Notes under the pieces: model-generated
Databases searched by the model: none
Told to the model about the DNA's origin: nothing
Seen by the model: the letters and a program-made list of their open reading frames with translations, nothing else
Translations under genes and position numbers: made by a program
NCBI GenBank assembly: GCA_963751455.1
Contig: CAVVUN010000001.1
Span: 1-64,000, forward strand
Reading direction: 5' to 3'
Length of the DNA stretch: 64,000 bases
From: Nitrospirota bacterium
Lineage (GTDB): Bacteria > Nitrospirota > UBA9217
Shown: one piece after another, positions 1 through 11,835 of the stretch
Position numbering within the stretch: position 1 is the stretch's first letter
Layout of the letters: each line of letters begins with the position of its first letter

Positions 1-1180
1 TGAAGAGCTGAACTCCTTTATCGATTATGTCGACTCGGTCTATTGCTCCTTCGGTGCAGGAGGAAGAGTTCACGGCGAGGACAGCGCAGCGCTTGCCCGC
101 CTCAAGAAGAAAGCCGCCGGATATAACCTCGAGCTTATCCCTGCCCGCATCAGGCATATCGGTACGGACCTTTGCAAGGAAGTTCTCAGAAAAATACGAG
201 AGCATCTGGCCGCAAGATCATATCGGATTCGAAGTTCCGGTTGCGCAGATCAACTGTACGGATGGAGCGGTCTGCGAGGTCGCGACCGAAGATGGAACAG
301 ATATATCAGGCCTCTGCGGTGATCGTCGCAGTCGGAAGGGAGGGATCATCCTGGCTTTCAACGGAAGCGAAACGCCTCGGGCTGTCTCTCCAGAAGAACC
401 CTGTAGACATCGGCGTCCGCGTCGAGCTGCCGGCGCGTATCATGAAAGAGATTACCGATATCGCCTATGAGGGCAAGTTCATGTACTCCTCCCGCAGGTT
501 CAGGGACAGGGTCAGGACGTTCTGCATGAATCCGTACGGCGAAGTGGTGAAGGAGAGCGCGGATGGCGATATCCAGTGTAAACGGCCATAGCTACAGGAA
601 CAGGAGAACAACAAACACGAACTTTGCGCTCCTGGTAAGCACGGATTTTACAAAACCCTTTAACGATCCTATCTCCTACGGCAAATACATCGCCGGCCTC
701 GCCAATCTTCTCGGAGGAGGAGTAATCATTCAGCGGCTCGGCGATCTCAAGATGGGAAGACGGTCGACTCCCGAGCGCATCACGGAGGGATCGGTTCAGC
801 CTACCCTGGAAGATGCCACACCCGGCGATCTCAGTTTTGTTCTCCCCTACCGGCATCTCCATAACATAATGGAAATGCTCGAAGCGCTCGACAACATCGC
901 TCCCGGCGTAAACTCCGGCGATACACTTCTCTACGGAGTGGAAGTAAAATTCTATTCCATGAAGTTGAAGCTGACCCGCGCATTGGAAACCGGCGTCAGG
1001 AACCTCTTCGCAATAGGTGACGGGGCCGGTGTGACCCGGGGACTGATCCAGGCCTCGATATCAGGGGTTATTGCAGCCAGGGAAGTGATGCTAAGGGTTA
1101 ACGAGGCAAGGCCTCAGACCGATGAAAAAAATACCTTGGAACCGCGAAGGCGCGAAGGACGCGAGGAAAGCAGGAATTGA
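1..1180 (+). CDS. NAD(P)/FAD-dependent oxidoreductase (COG2509-like), 5'-truncated by the window and frameshifted
   Basis: ORF pieces 172-591 and 563-1180 carry VAVGREG, DIGVRVE, VRTFCMNPYG, LLYGVEVKFYS and AIGDGAGVTRGL. Confidence 0.8.
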
Positions 1181-1247
1181 AACGGGTTTAAACCAGAAAT
1201 AATATTTTGTCGTATGGTTTCCTTCGCGCTCCTCGCGCCTTCGCGGT
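1141..1247. repeat. REP-like palindrome
   Basis: ACCGCGAAGGCGCGAAGGACGCGAGG ... CCTTCGCGCTCCTCGCGCCTTCGCGGT inverted arms overlapping the gene end. Confidence 0.65.
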
Positions 1248-1485
1248 AAATGCTTTTTAGCTTCTCAAAAACTTGACTCAAATTTAAAGATAATGCGAAG
1301 TAAAGGTTTTTAACGTCTCTCCAGGAAGAAGGTATATAACGGGTCTATTCACCTACCGCCTAACTTTCTCTCTTCGCCCGGACATTCAAGCTTGACAATA
1401 CACGGATTTTCCATTAAATTACCAGTCTGAGCCTGTGGAGCAGTCAAGGTTTCGGGCTCGATGTGCCGGTATTTCATTAATTTAC

Positions 1486-1561
1486 GGCGGCGTAGCCAAG
1501 TGGCTAAGGCAGAGGTCTGCAAAACCTTCATTCATCGGTTCAAATCCGATCGCCGCCTCCA
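1486..1561 (+). tRNA. tRNA-Cys (GCA)
   Basis: GGCGGCG/CGCCGCC acceptor stem, anticodon arm GAGGT-CTGCAAA-ACCTT, GGTTCAAATCC T-loop, encoded CCA. Confidence 0.97.
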
Positions 1562-1673
1562 TTTCTCTCCTTCGGAGAGAAATTCTAAATCCGAAACACT
1601 AAATTCTAATAACTGCCTTACTCCCCTTTCTGACCAGGATTTAGATATTGGGATTTGGAGCTTGCCTTACCCT

Positions 1674-4600
1674 ATGCATCATTCTGAGTTTGTCCACCTG
1701 CACCTCCATACCGAATACAGCCTGCTCGACGGCGCCAATTCTCTCGATGCGCTCATAAAGAAAGCCTCGGACCTCCACATGCCCGCCATTGCCGTAACCG
1801 ACCACGGCAATCTCTTCGGCGCACTCGATTTCTATCTGAAAGCCAAAAAAGGGCGGAATAAAACCGATTATCGGCTGCGAATTGTACGTGGCGCCCGGAT
1901 CGCGGTTCGATAAAAACCAGCCTGCGGGCAGACATGAGGAAGCATCCTACCACCTGCTGCTGCTCGCCAGAAACAAGGCGGGCTACAAGAACCTCGTAAA
2001 ACTGGTAACCGCGGGGTATCTCGAAGGGTTCTATTATCGTCCCCGGATAGACAAGGGTCTTCTCGCCTCGCACAGCGACGGGCTGATCGGCCTGTCGGCC
2101 TGCCTTTCGGGCGAAATCCCGGCGCTGCTCCTCCAGGGAAGATACGATGCCGCAAAAACCGTGGCCGAAGAATATCGCAAAATCCTGGGGGCGGAGAACT
2201 TTTATCTGGAACTGCAGGATAACGGCATTCCTGAGCAGGACCGCGCCAACAAGGACCTCATTCGTCTTTCCCGGGAGACGGGAATACCTCTCGTCGCAAC
2301 GAACGACTGTCACTATCTGAACAAGGACGACCACAAGGCCCACGACGCGCTCCTCTGCATACAGACCGGCAAAATCGTGAAGGATGAAAATCGCATGAGA
2401 TTCTCGTCCGACACCTTTTATGTCAAAACGCCTGAAGAAATGAAAAAAGCCTTCAGCCATGTGCCCGAAGCGATTACAAACACGATCGCAATCGCCGAGC
2501 GCTGTAACCTGGATATGGAACTCGGCACGTATCATCTTCCGCATTTTCCGGTTCCGGAAGGTTCAACGCGTGAATCCTATATGGCCGAGCTTGCGCGAAA
2601 AGGTCTTGAAGAGCGGTTTACTGAGATCGAAGCGGTGCGCGGCAAAGGAAGCTTCGATCGCCGGTGTGTACCGTCAGCGGCTCGAGTTCGAGATAGAAAT
2701 GCTGGCCAAAATGGGCTTTGCGGGTTATTTTCTGATCGTCTGGGACTTCATCAGATATGCCAAGGAGCGCGGTATCCCGGTAGGCCCGGGCCGCGGGTCC
2801 GCTGCCGGGAGTCTCGTTGCGTATTCACTCAGGATTACGGACCTCGATCCCCTTCCCTATAATCTGCTGTTCGAGCGCTTCCTCAATCCTGAACGTATCA
2901 GCATGCCTGATATCGACGTTGACTTCTGCATGGACCGCCGGGACGAGGTCTTCAAATATGTTATTGAAAAATACGGCCAGGACCATGTAACGCAGATCAT
3001 CACGTACGGCACAATGATGGCAAAGGGCGTAATCAGGGACGTGGGACGCGTCCTGGACATCCCCTACTCGGAAGTCGACAAGGTCGCGAAACTCGTGCCG
3101 AATACGCTGAATATCACCCTGGAAGAGGCGATGAAGCAGGAGCCGAAGCTCAAGGAGCTCACCAAGGACCCGCGCATGGCGGAACTGATCGATATCGCGC
3201 TCCACCTCGAAGGCCAGGTCAGACACGCATCCAAGCACGCGGCCGGAGTCGTCATCTCGCAGGAGCCCTTGACCGAGTATCTGCCCCTGTATAAAGGGCC
3301 GAAAAACGAAATTACGACCCAATTCGACATGAAAGGCGTTGAAAAGATCGGGCTCGTCAAGTTCGATTTCCTGGGTCTCCGAACGCTCACGGTCATCAAC
3401 AAGGCCGTCGAAACGATCAACCGGCGTCTGCAGAAAGCGCCCCTGGCCGCTGTCGACGCTTTTTCAATCAACACCATCCCCATGGACAATGCTAAAACCT
3501 ACGAACTTTTGTCGAGGGGCGAAACCGCCGGGGTGTTCCAGCTTGAATCGTCAGGCATGCGGGACATCGTGGTCAAGATGAAACCACAGTGCTTCGAGGA
3601 CCTTATCGCGCTCGTCGCCCTTTACCGGCCCGGCCCGCTCGGAAGCGGAATGGTGGACGATTTTATCAAGCGTAAGAAAGGCGCCACAAAGATCACCTAT
3701 GAGCTGCCGCAGCTCGAGCCCATACTCAAGGACACGTATGGTGTGATCGTATACCAGGAGCAGGTTATGCAGATAGCGCGCACCCTTGCCGGATATTCCC
3801 TCGGCGGGGCCGATCTGCTCAGGCGGGCCATGGGCAAGAAGGACCCGGAGGTCATGGCAAAGGAGAAGATACCGTTCCTGGAAGGCGCCAAAAATCTCGG
3901 AATAGACGTAAAAAAAGCCGAATCGATTTTCGACCTGATGGCGAAATTCGCTGAATACGGGTTTAACAAGTCTCACAGCGCTGCATACGCGCTCATTTCC
4001 TATCAAACCGCTTATCTGAAAGCACACTACCCTGTCGAATATATGGCCGCGCTGCTCACGAGCGAAGTCCAGGACACGGACAAGGTCGTGAAATACATCC
4101 ATGAGGCGCGCCAGATGGGCATCGACATCCTGGCGCCGGACGCGAACAAGAGCATGTGGGACTTCACCGTGGTCGAGGCGCATGACCGCGAAAATATTGA
4201 GCCCGGCAGCATGATCGGCTCCATCCGGTTCGGCCTCGCCGCGGTAAAAAATGTCGGCATTTCCGCTATCGAAGCCATAATCGAAGGCCGGGAAGCGAAA
4301 GGTGATTACACCTCGCTCGCCGATTTCTGCAAAAAGGTGGATCAGCGCCGCGTGAACCGCAGGGTGATCGAAGCGCTCATCAAATGCGGCGCGTTCGACT
4401 TCAGCGCCGCGCGCCGGGCACAGATGATGGACGGCCTCGACATGATCATCGACCAGGGAGGCAAACACCAGGAGCAGGAGTCGATCGGCCAGGTGGGCAT
4501 TTTCGATTCGCTGGACACCTTTAAGGACCCCGGCCTGCCCGATGTGCCGGAATGGAAAGAGAGCCAGCTCCTTGCCTTTGAAAAAGAAAGCATCGGCTTT

Positions 4601-5194
4601 TACCTCTCGGGGCATCCCCTTGCCGCGTTCCAGGCCGATATCTCCCGGTATGCCACGGTCACAACCGAAACTCTTGACGCTGTCCAGGACGGCAAGGAAG
4701 TGACTATTTGCGGCATCATTGCCGGAATGAAGATCAAGATCACCAAGAAGAACCAGGAAAAGATGGCAATACTGACCCTCGAAGACCTTTCCGGGAACAT
4801 CGAAGTGGTCGTGTTTCCTGACCTCTATAAATCGGCGCACCACATGCTCCTGACCGATACGCCGCTTATCGTTGCCGGCCAATTGGACAAGAGCGAACAG
4901 GGAAACAAGATCAAGGCCGTGAGGGTGCATTTGCTCGCAGAGGTCAAGAAGAGGGGCACGTCCCGGGTGGATATCAGGTTCGACGCCACCGGGCTCACTC
5001 AGGACGACCTGCTAAAAATTAAGAACATCCTCCTCCGCTACCAGGGAACTATCCCCGTCTATCTCCGTCTCCAGAACCCTTCGCGCAAGGAGTCGCTCAT
5101 CTCGGTAGGCAGGGAAATCAGGGTTAACCCGAGCGAGCAGCTTATCAGCGAGATTGAGTCCGTGCTCGGCTCGGGCGCTGTATCGCTGGGGTAG
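1674..5194 (+). CDS. dnaE: DNA polymerase III alpha subunit; two apparent frameshifts (~1850, ~2665), probably sequencing errors
   Basis: PHP motif FVHLHLHTEYSLLDG, GPGRGSAAGS, ERISMPDIDVDF, YGFNKSH, C-terminal OB fold. Confidence 0.97.
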
Positions 5195-5516
5195 AAAAAG
5201 CAGGATTGGGACGCAGATGATCGCGGATATTCGCAGATAAATAAAAGTCTCCCGCCTCCTCAGCCCGCCTCTCCTATCCTCACCCATCCTCGAAAACAAC
5301 CCTGTTTTTGCAACGATACCCTATTGCCCAAAAGTGCATTTTCCAGTATAGTCGTATCCGAAAGCGGCTCTTGTTTGTCGAGTATGGGAATATTGCCGAT
5401 ACTCCCCTGGAAAAACATATATAGGTAGATGGTTCATGACATCATGTAAAAACTGAAAAGCATATACCTGTATATATAAGGCAGCCATATACAGGCAAAT
5501 GGTTCTATATACCTGT

Positions 5517-5649
5517 GATGCATTCGTAAGAAGTCAGAAAACACCCGATTTCGTCATACCGGCGAACGCCGGTATCCAGTCTTTTCAATAAGTTCGATAA
5601 CCACTGGACCCCGGTTTTCACCGGGGAGACGACTTTTTACGAGATCATC
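5517..5649. mobile_element. MITE with TIRs and palindromic cargo
   Basis: GATGCATTCGTAAGAAGTC ... GACTTTTTACGAGATCATC, flanked by ACCTGT direct repeats; related copy at 32554-32687. Confidence 0.65.
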
Positions 5650-5703
5650 ACCTGTGGATGGCTCCATATACATATAGATGGAAGATTCCGAATAGTCAAT
5701 AAC

Positions 5704-6669
5704 TTGTTAGCAAGAGATATCAAAATGATGATACGGAAAGTTTTCATTGCTCTATTTTTAATTTCATTTGCATCGGCAGCCTGCTCACAAAACGAGCAGA
5801 GCGGAATTAGCACTGCTCTTTCCTCGGACAAGGCCATCACTGCCTTTTCGTTTTTAAATCCGGCTGCGACAGGAAACATTAACGAAAGCGCGAAAACTAT
5901 AGATGTGATAATGCCGCCCGGAACAAATTTGAACAAATTGATCGCTACATTTACCACCACAGGATCACGTGTCAAAGTCGGCTCAACTGTCCAGGTAAGC
6001 GGCTCAACACAAAATGACTTTACAAATTCCGTAGAGTATGTTGTAGAAGCAGCTGATGGTTCTATTGCGACCTATACAGTTACCGTAAAATCTCTCACAG
6101 GTTATAAGTTTACAGCCCAAATCGATTATATCAACGGATCGCCTACAATCCCCGCCCTTGTGGGCGATATTGTAACGGGAACCTTTAGCTTTGACTCTAC
6201 TATTCCTAATCACTACATTTCTGTCAATCAAGGTGGCTATTTTCAGCGTCCTCCTGCCGGAGTGCAAGTACAAATTGAATCTATTATTCTTAATGCGGAC
6301 CTTAGCAGTTTCACTGGATACCATATTGACATATACAATGACGAGTCAGATGTAGATCCCATCCGAGATAGTGTGTCATGGTATGTAAACGATACTCAGG
6401 TTGCGTCTGTTTACGGACTTGATTACTTCCAAATGATTTTCAAGTTGGAAGATCTAACTGCCACCGCACTGAATGATACTGCTATACCGACCAACTTGGT
6501 TCTTAGTGATTTTGATAACCCCTATTTCTCTATATCAGGGACCAAAACCATAAATGGCATGGGTACTGGTCTGTGGTTGCTCACGCGAAAATTACTTCAT
6601 TGCGTCGAATCGATAATTCAGTTGGTAGGTTGGGCATTCCTTCGATGCCCAACATATAAATATCGATGA
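5704..6669 (+). CDS. Putative lipoprotein with Ig/DUF5018-like beta-sandwich domain; 3' end uncertain
   Basis: Signal peptide and lipobox (ASAAC), KAITAFSF...DFTNSVEYVVEAADGS pattern, low GC. Confidence 0.6.
   Translation: MLARDIKMMIRKVFIALFLISFASAACSQNEQSGISTALSSDKAITAFSFLNPAATGNINESAKTIDVIMPPGTNLNKLIATFTTTGSRVKVGSTVQVSGSTQNDFTNSVEYVVEAADGSIATYTVTVKSLTGYKFTAQIDYINGSPTIPALVGDIVTGTFSFDSTIPNHYISVNQGGYFQRPPAGVQVQIESIILNADLSSFTGYHIDIYNDESDVDPIRDSVSWYVNDTQVASVYGLDYFQMIFKLEDLTATALNDTAIPTNLVLSDFDNPYFSISGTKTINGMGTGLWLLTRKLLHCVESIIQLVGWAFLRCPTYKYR
6625..6655 (+). repeat. GTAG-type REP left of the RAYT gene
   Basis: GTAG-GTTGGGCAT-TCCTTCG-ATGCCCAAC. Confidence 0.8.
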
Positions 6670-6678
6670 AGACAGAGT

Positions 6679-7266
6679 ATGCGATATCGTCGTTCAAACA
6701 TCCCAGGCGCAACACTCTTTTTTACAGTCGTGACCTTTGATCGAAAAAATATTTTATGCTCCGATGATAATCCTCGCCATTTAAGGGAAGCAATGGAATC
6801 AGTCAGAGCTGATCATCCGTTTACTATTGACGCAATCGTTCTTCTACCGGATCACCTGCACTGCATCTGGACATTGCCTCCGGATGATAATGCTTTCTCA
6901 AAGAGATGGATGCTGATCAAAAGCAGGTTTACGCGAAAATGCATTGACCCATTTAAAGGAACCCCGAGCCCGAGCAGAATTAAGAAACGAGAGCAGAATA
7001 TCTGGCAGCGACGGTTTTGGGAGCATCAAATCCGCGATGAGTTGGATTATAAACGGCATATCGATTATATCCACTTCAACCCCGTGAAACACAGGTTGGC
7101 AACAGCCCCGAGGGAATGGAAATATTCAAGCTTTCATCGGTATGTGAAAAACGGTATTTACCATTTGGACTGGGGTGCAAGAGAGCGGCCTGTCTTTTAT
7201 GGATCAATCGGTAGAGAAAGGATGTTGGGCTTCGATATCCTCAGCCCAACCTACATACTGGGGTGA
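6679..7266 (+). mobile_element. REP-associated tyrosine transposase (RAYT/TnpA-REP, Y1 HUH)
   Basis: FFTVVT, PDHLHCIW (HUH), WQRRFWEHQIR, YIHFNPVKH, WKYSSF. Confidence 0.92.
7222..7254 (-). repeat. GTAG-type REP right of the RAYT gene, inverted
   Basis: Minus strand GTAG-GTTGGGCT-GAGGATATCGA-AGCCCAAC. Confidence 0.8.
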
Positions 7267-7325
7267 AGTGTCGTGACGCAGGATGCAGGATTGAATCGTG
7301 GTGGACATGGATCTTGTTCTTATTC

Positions 7326-7840
7326 TTACCTCATCCATACCACCAATTCTTCTTTGGGAATTCTTGAAGTCTGAGCAGGTATTTTTTCGGCATAGCCCAC
7401 GGGTATTATCGCGACCGGACGGAGATGGTCCGGCAGATCAAGGACTTTGCTCAGCTCGGATTCATTAAACGCCCTACCCATACGCTTCCAAGCCCCAGTT
7501 CATGGGCAACGAGCATCATGCTCATGACACTCGCTGCCGCGTCCTGAATGCTGTACAGCGATATTCCCCTTTCCCCGTATCTGTCTGCAATCCTCAGGTC
7601 TGCGCAGGCGACAACAACCAGCGGCGCAGCAGCGATAAAGTTCTGGTTCAATGCAGCGCTCGCAATTTTCTTTTTTGTGCCGGAAGTAAGGACAAAGTAG
7701 AATTTTCTGCTCTGGAGGTTCCCCGCACTCGGAGCCCATCGCAGGGCTTCAATAAGCGAATCAACAACTGCTTCCGGGATATCCAGTTTCTTGAAATCGC
7801 GAACACTGTGCCGGTTTCTGATAATATCGAGTACGGTCAT
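7326..7840 (-). CDS. Nitroreductase family protein (frameshift near 7470)
   Basis: RHSVRDF, APSAGNLQ, LGLGSVWVG; alternative frame continues to LRPVAIIPVGY and TAA at 7326. Confidence 0.88.
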
Positions 7841-7894
7841 GCCCCCCTCACCTCCTTTAAGATTTCTGTCCCGCGTGAAAAATGTCTTTTAGAA

Positions 7895-7990
7895 TGAACC
7901 TCCCCGCAGCAAGCTGCGGGGTATCTGTTTGTTATTTAGCCCCTCCCTTTGATGGGAGGGGATCAAGGCGACCAAGCTACGGGGAATTGA
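7895..7990. mobile_element. Miniature element with IS200/IS605-like end hairpins (PATE-like)
   Basis: CCCCGCAGCAAGCTGCGGGGTATC left end, partial CAAGCTACGGGGAATT right end, internal CCCTCCC/GGGAGGG hairpin. Confidence 0.45.
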
Positions 7991-8087
7991 AAGTAAAAAA
8001 AGGGTTAAAGTCGTATTGAAACTACCCCTGAATATGCTAAGTTTTAGATAGTAATGGTCCATACCCGATCAAGGAGGTCCTAGACCC

Positions 8088-9110
8088 ATGAGCACCAGCC
8101 AAATTGAATTGACCGCCCAAGCGCTCGTTGCGGACGGCAAGGGAATCCTGGCCGCCGACGAGAGCCATTCTACCATGCAGAAACGATTTGCCGCATTGAA
8201 CATCGAGTCCACGGAAGAAACGCGCCGTGCCTACCGTGAAATGCTGTTTACAACCCGGGGAATCGAGGAATATATCAGCGGAATCATTCTCTTCGATGAA
8301 ACGATCCGTCAGAAAACGGGCGACGGGACCCCCTTTGTCGAACTGCTGTCGAAAAAAGGGATCGTCCCCGGCATCAAGGTCGACAGGGGAACAATACCGA
8401 TGCCCGGATTTCCCGCTGAAAAAATAACCACGGGTCTGGACGGCTTGCGCGAGCGGCTGAACGAATATCGCGACCTTGGCGCAAAATTCACGAAATGGCG
8501 GGCTGTAATTACGATCGGCGCAGGCATCCCGACGCCTGCGTGCCTGCACGCGAATGCCCAGCAGCTTGCCTTTTACGCGTCCCTGTCGCAGGAAGCCGAT
8601 TTGACGCCGGTGGTTGAACCGGAGGTCCTGATGGATGGAGACCATAATCTGGCCCGCTGCGAGGAAGCAACAACGGCCACGCTCGACGCAGTATTCCTGA
8701 GACTTCGTGAATACGGTGTTTTGCTCGAAGGCATGCTGCTCAAGCCCAATATGGTGGTCTCCGGCAGGAAAGCGATCAGACAGGCAGCCGTTGAAGAAGT
8801 TGTGGAATCGACCCTGAGGGCGCTCAAACAGGTTGTTCCTCCCGCAGTGCCGGGTATCGTCTTTCTTTCCGGAGGGCAGAGCCCCGAGCATGCCACCGCG
8901 CATTTGAATGCGATGAATGCAAGAGGGCCCCATCCATGGCAAATCAGCTTTTCCTTCGCTCGTGCGCTCCAGGAGCCCGCGATGAACGCATGGAGAGGCT
9001 CGCCCGCGCATATCCAGGAGGCGCAGCGACAATTCTATCATCGCGCCCGCTGCAACAGTGCGGCAAGGTATGGCACCTATTCCAGAGAGATGGAGAAGGT
9101 CGCGGCCTGA
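8088..9110 (+). CDS. Class I fructose-bisphosphate aldolase
   Basis: GKGILAADES, PGIKVD, KWRAV, PVVEPEV, LLKPNMV, FLSGGQS, FSFARALQ; AGGAGG RBS. Confidence 0.95.
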   Translation: MSTSQIELTAQALVADGKGILAADESHSTMQKRFAALNIESTEETRRAYREMLFTTRGIEEYISGIILFDETIRQKTGDGTPFVELLSKKGIVPGIKVDRGTIPMPGFPAEKITTGLDGLRERLNEYRDLGAKFTKWRAVITIGAGIPTPACLHANAQQLAFYASLSQEADLTPVVEPEVLMDGDHNLARCEEATTATLDAVFLRLREYGVLLEGMLLKPNMVVSGRKAIRQAAVEEVVESTLRALKQVVPPAVPGIVFLSGGQSPEHATAHLNAMNARGPHPWQISFSFARALQEPAMNAWRGSPAHIQEAQRQFYHRARCNSAARYGTYSREMEKVAA

Positions 9111-9171
9111 AAAAACCTGGTCATCGGTTGCCGGTGGAGGAAGCAGGTTAAGGTATATCCGGGAGTTTCCA

Positions 9172-10023
9172 TCAGAAAAAGTAAACAAACCGGAGGGCAT
9201 TCTCGGTGATTCGATTCTGGCCCACTGTGTATACGGCATTGGCCAGGGTTTTGTATCTAATTTCCCTTTCAAATATAAGATGCGTGTTTTTGCCGGTAAT
9301 ATATTTCATCGCGAAGGACATATCTCCCGGCTTTCTGATATTAACACCCCACAATGACGTAATTTTGCCGTAGCTTGCGGTAGTTTCTGCGAAGAAGCCC
9401 ATGCTTCCCTCAGCGGTTCTGATACGCATGCGGGACTGCAGCGATAATTCTTTGGCATCGACATCCCGATGCACAAACTCGGTATCGGGATACATGTCTC
9501 TGAATACGGGCGTCGGTTCATCCTTGGGGGGTCTTTCCGTAACTTCCACTCGCAGAGAGGTTATCAGCACATCGAGCTGCGGAATTTTCTTTCTCATGAA
9601 TTTAAATGTTTCCTTCGATATGGTCCTTGTCACGATTTTCTGATCGTTGGGCGGGCCGTTATACGCTCCGTCGCAGTCCGAACCGATGCAGTAATCGGAA
9701 CGGTTTTCCAGGGGAACATCATAGACGTTCACCAGCTTGGAGTATACGAAATCTCGCCATTCCTCCAGAACATCCGTTTTTTCATCATCACCCTTTTGCG
9801 GCCGCTTGTACAGAGTCGGGTCCGACTTGAAACGCCTGGTTGCAGTTAACAGCAATGAATAGCCGCCGGTATCGGGATAAGTTTCAAAGGGTGTCGCGAG
9901 AGCAATTATAAGGGGTAATGTGTCGGTGCTGCAGAGTTCCTCGGCCTGTGCATGCGCAGATGCAGCGATCGCCAGAAAGAAGAGAACGTATAACCGGGAC
10001 TTGTACTTTGAGAACCATGCCAT
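9172..10023 (-). CDS. Exported hypothetical protein
   Basis: 283-aa ORF, signal peptide ending ASAHA, C-terminal aromatic FVYFF. Confidence 0.6.
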   Translation of the reverse strand: MAWFSKYKSRLYVLFFLAIAASAHAQAEELCSTDTLPLIIALATPFETYPDTGGYSLLLTATRRFKSDPTLYKRPQKGDDEKTDVLEEWRDFVYSKLVNVYDVPLENRSDYCIGSDCDGAYNGPPNDQKIVTRTISKETFKFMRKKIPQLDVLITSLRVEVTERPPKDEPTPVFRDMYPDTEFVHRDVDAKELSLQSRMRIRTAEGSMGFFAETTASYGKITSLWGVNIRKPGDMSFAMKYITGKNTHLIFEREIRYKTLANAVYTVGQNRITENALRFVYFF

Positions 10024-10554
10024 AGCGTTCCCCCGCCCCTTGTAGCGTGTTAATCAATAGCCGGCCTCAATATAACTTTATGCTCATTTCAGGCAATTCA
10101 ATTTTCCGGCAGCGAAAACAGAAGCGGGCTGATCTGACAATCACCATGAGCGTTTTCCGCATCCTGCTGCAGAAAGCATGTTAAATAATAAATAGCACCT
10201 GCCGCCTGGAACTTCAATATGCGATAAGTATCATGGGGAAGCGTCCCCTTCGGTCATTGACACTTTAGGAGTGTTCGCGTATTATCTGGAACCAGTCCGG
10301 AGGATGCATACGTATCCTGGCTTGGACAAACCAATTCTTAACCATGAAGACTCGTAGAGAGTGAAGCTTCAAAACGATTAGCCGCAAAGCTGCGCAAAAA
10401 CCGAAGGTAAATTCTTTTTGCGTATCTTGCCTGCACCCAGCGCTTACGAGTGCGCTCGCGCGAATGCAGGGTGTGCATCTTCGCGGCAAATTATTTTTCC
10501 ATCTTTAAGTAGGTTTTGAATCTTCAGTTTAACCATCAGCCAGCGGGGGAAAGC

Positions 10555-11220
10555 ATGAACAGTCTTACTTATTATCTTGAACAATACGGTTTGATCTCAC
10601 TGGAAAAGCAGGAAAAGCTTATTCGTGTCGTCGGTGAACACGAAAAAGAGCTTGATTACGACGAAGGACTAATTCGCTTCAACGGGATTGAATGCACCTT
10701 TCAGGTGCTGGGCACGGAATCGGATAATACCATAACGTGGCTCTGGGCGTGGGCCGAGGAGCAGACGGAAACACCGGACCATCTGCTCAGGGCTTCCCTG
10801 CAAATGAGAGAGTGGGGCAGAAAGACGGGACTTTCGGAGTTCACCATGCCGTCCGTGGACCTTGTCAAGGCGGACGGGCATGTCCTTTCAGTGATCTCTT
10901 CCGCGGTCTGTGATGCCAGCTGCTATTATCATGATCCGTATGAAGGCGGCGGTTTGTTCATCCTGGTCTTCGGCAAGCAGATAGATCAAGGGCCTTCTTT
11001 CGATATCAAAAGCCTTTCGCGGCAGTTTGCATACCTGATTTCGCTCCATGACCTCAATCACCGGAACGCCCTTCTCTCCTATATTCACGGCAAAGGTCTT
11101 CCGTTAAACGAGGAGGCCACCATGGTTACAGCAGAACTGGAATCAGGAGAAACACTGAAGGCGGAATTTGATAAAGAAGGACGGTTAAAGACGATAAACG
11201 GGTCGGAGCTTGCGGCTTAG
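10555..11220 (+). CDS. DUF6882-like protein
   Basis: FQVLGTES..TWLWAWA motif; ATG after GGGGGA. Confidence 0.7.
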   Translation: MNSLTYYLEQYGLISLEKQEKLIRVVGEHEKELDYDEGLIRFNGIECTFQVLGTESDNTITWLWAWAEEQTETPDHLLRASLQMREWGRKTGLSEFTMPSVDLVKADGHVLSVISSAVCDASCYYHDPYEGGGLFILVFGKQIDQGPSFDIKSLSRQFAYLISLHDLNHRNALLSYIHGKGLPLNEEATMVTAELESGETLKAEFDKEGRLKTINGSELAA

Positions 11221-11657
11221 GCGCTTACGCCTGTAACATCGACAAAAGATTGTCGATCTTTAAAAAGAATTTAATGCAAAAACAGGATTATATTGCGCTC
11301 GCAAAGGAAGGCCAAACCGCCGGGTTTAAAACCAGACTTAAAGCTGCTTTACGAACCAACATCTTGAGTTTTTAGTCGAGTCAAAACCAAAACCCAATTT
11401 TCACACAAAGCCACGAAGCCACAAAGAAGAAAACTGAATTTTTTGTCTTTCGATTTTTTTGTCTTTCTCCGTGTCTTAGTGGCTTCGTGTAAGATCGTTT
11501 TAAGGTTTTACTTTTGCTTTATTGGTCTGAGGCGTAACCTCATAAAAGTTTACTTTGCGTTCTTTGCGGCTTTGCGAGAGACGCCTTTGACTTTTTGTTG
11601 TTATTTCTGTCCCGAAGGGACCATGCCTGCCGGGCGAAGTCCCGGCAGACACGTAGA
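11218..11657 (+). repeat. ~440-bp non-coding structured repeat, copy 1
   Basis: Near-identical to 14031-14453; nested inverted repeats. Confidence 0.9.
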
Positions 11658-11835
11658 CAGTTACATCTTAAATTCTTTCCAAAATGGAAAGAAAATCAAA
11701 AAGCATATTAGCCGCGGATTGACACGGATAATAAATATAAATTTCTTGTTTTTCGTTTTCAATCCGTGTCGATCAGTGGCCATCCGTGGCAAACGAATTT
11801 GTCTTTGGTTCCGACTTGCCCGGGTTAGTGCTGCG

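Noticed and set aside
1674-2870. Programmed frameshifting or a split dnaE
   Set aside because: Indels occur in many unrelated genes across the window, often at homopolymers; sequencing error is the simpler explanation. For the same reason most broken genes are not called pseudogenes.
3551-4930. Long antisense ORFs (also 8037-9272, 39083-40108, 52392-53291)
   Set aside because: Shadows of GC-rich coding genes on the opposite strand, with no recognisable motifs.
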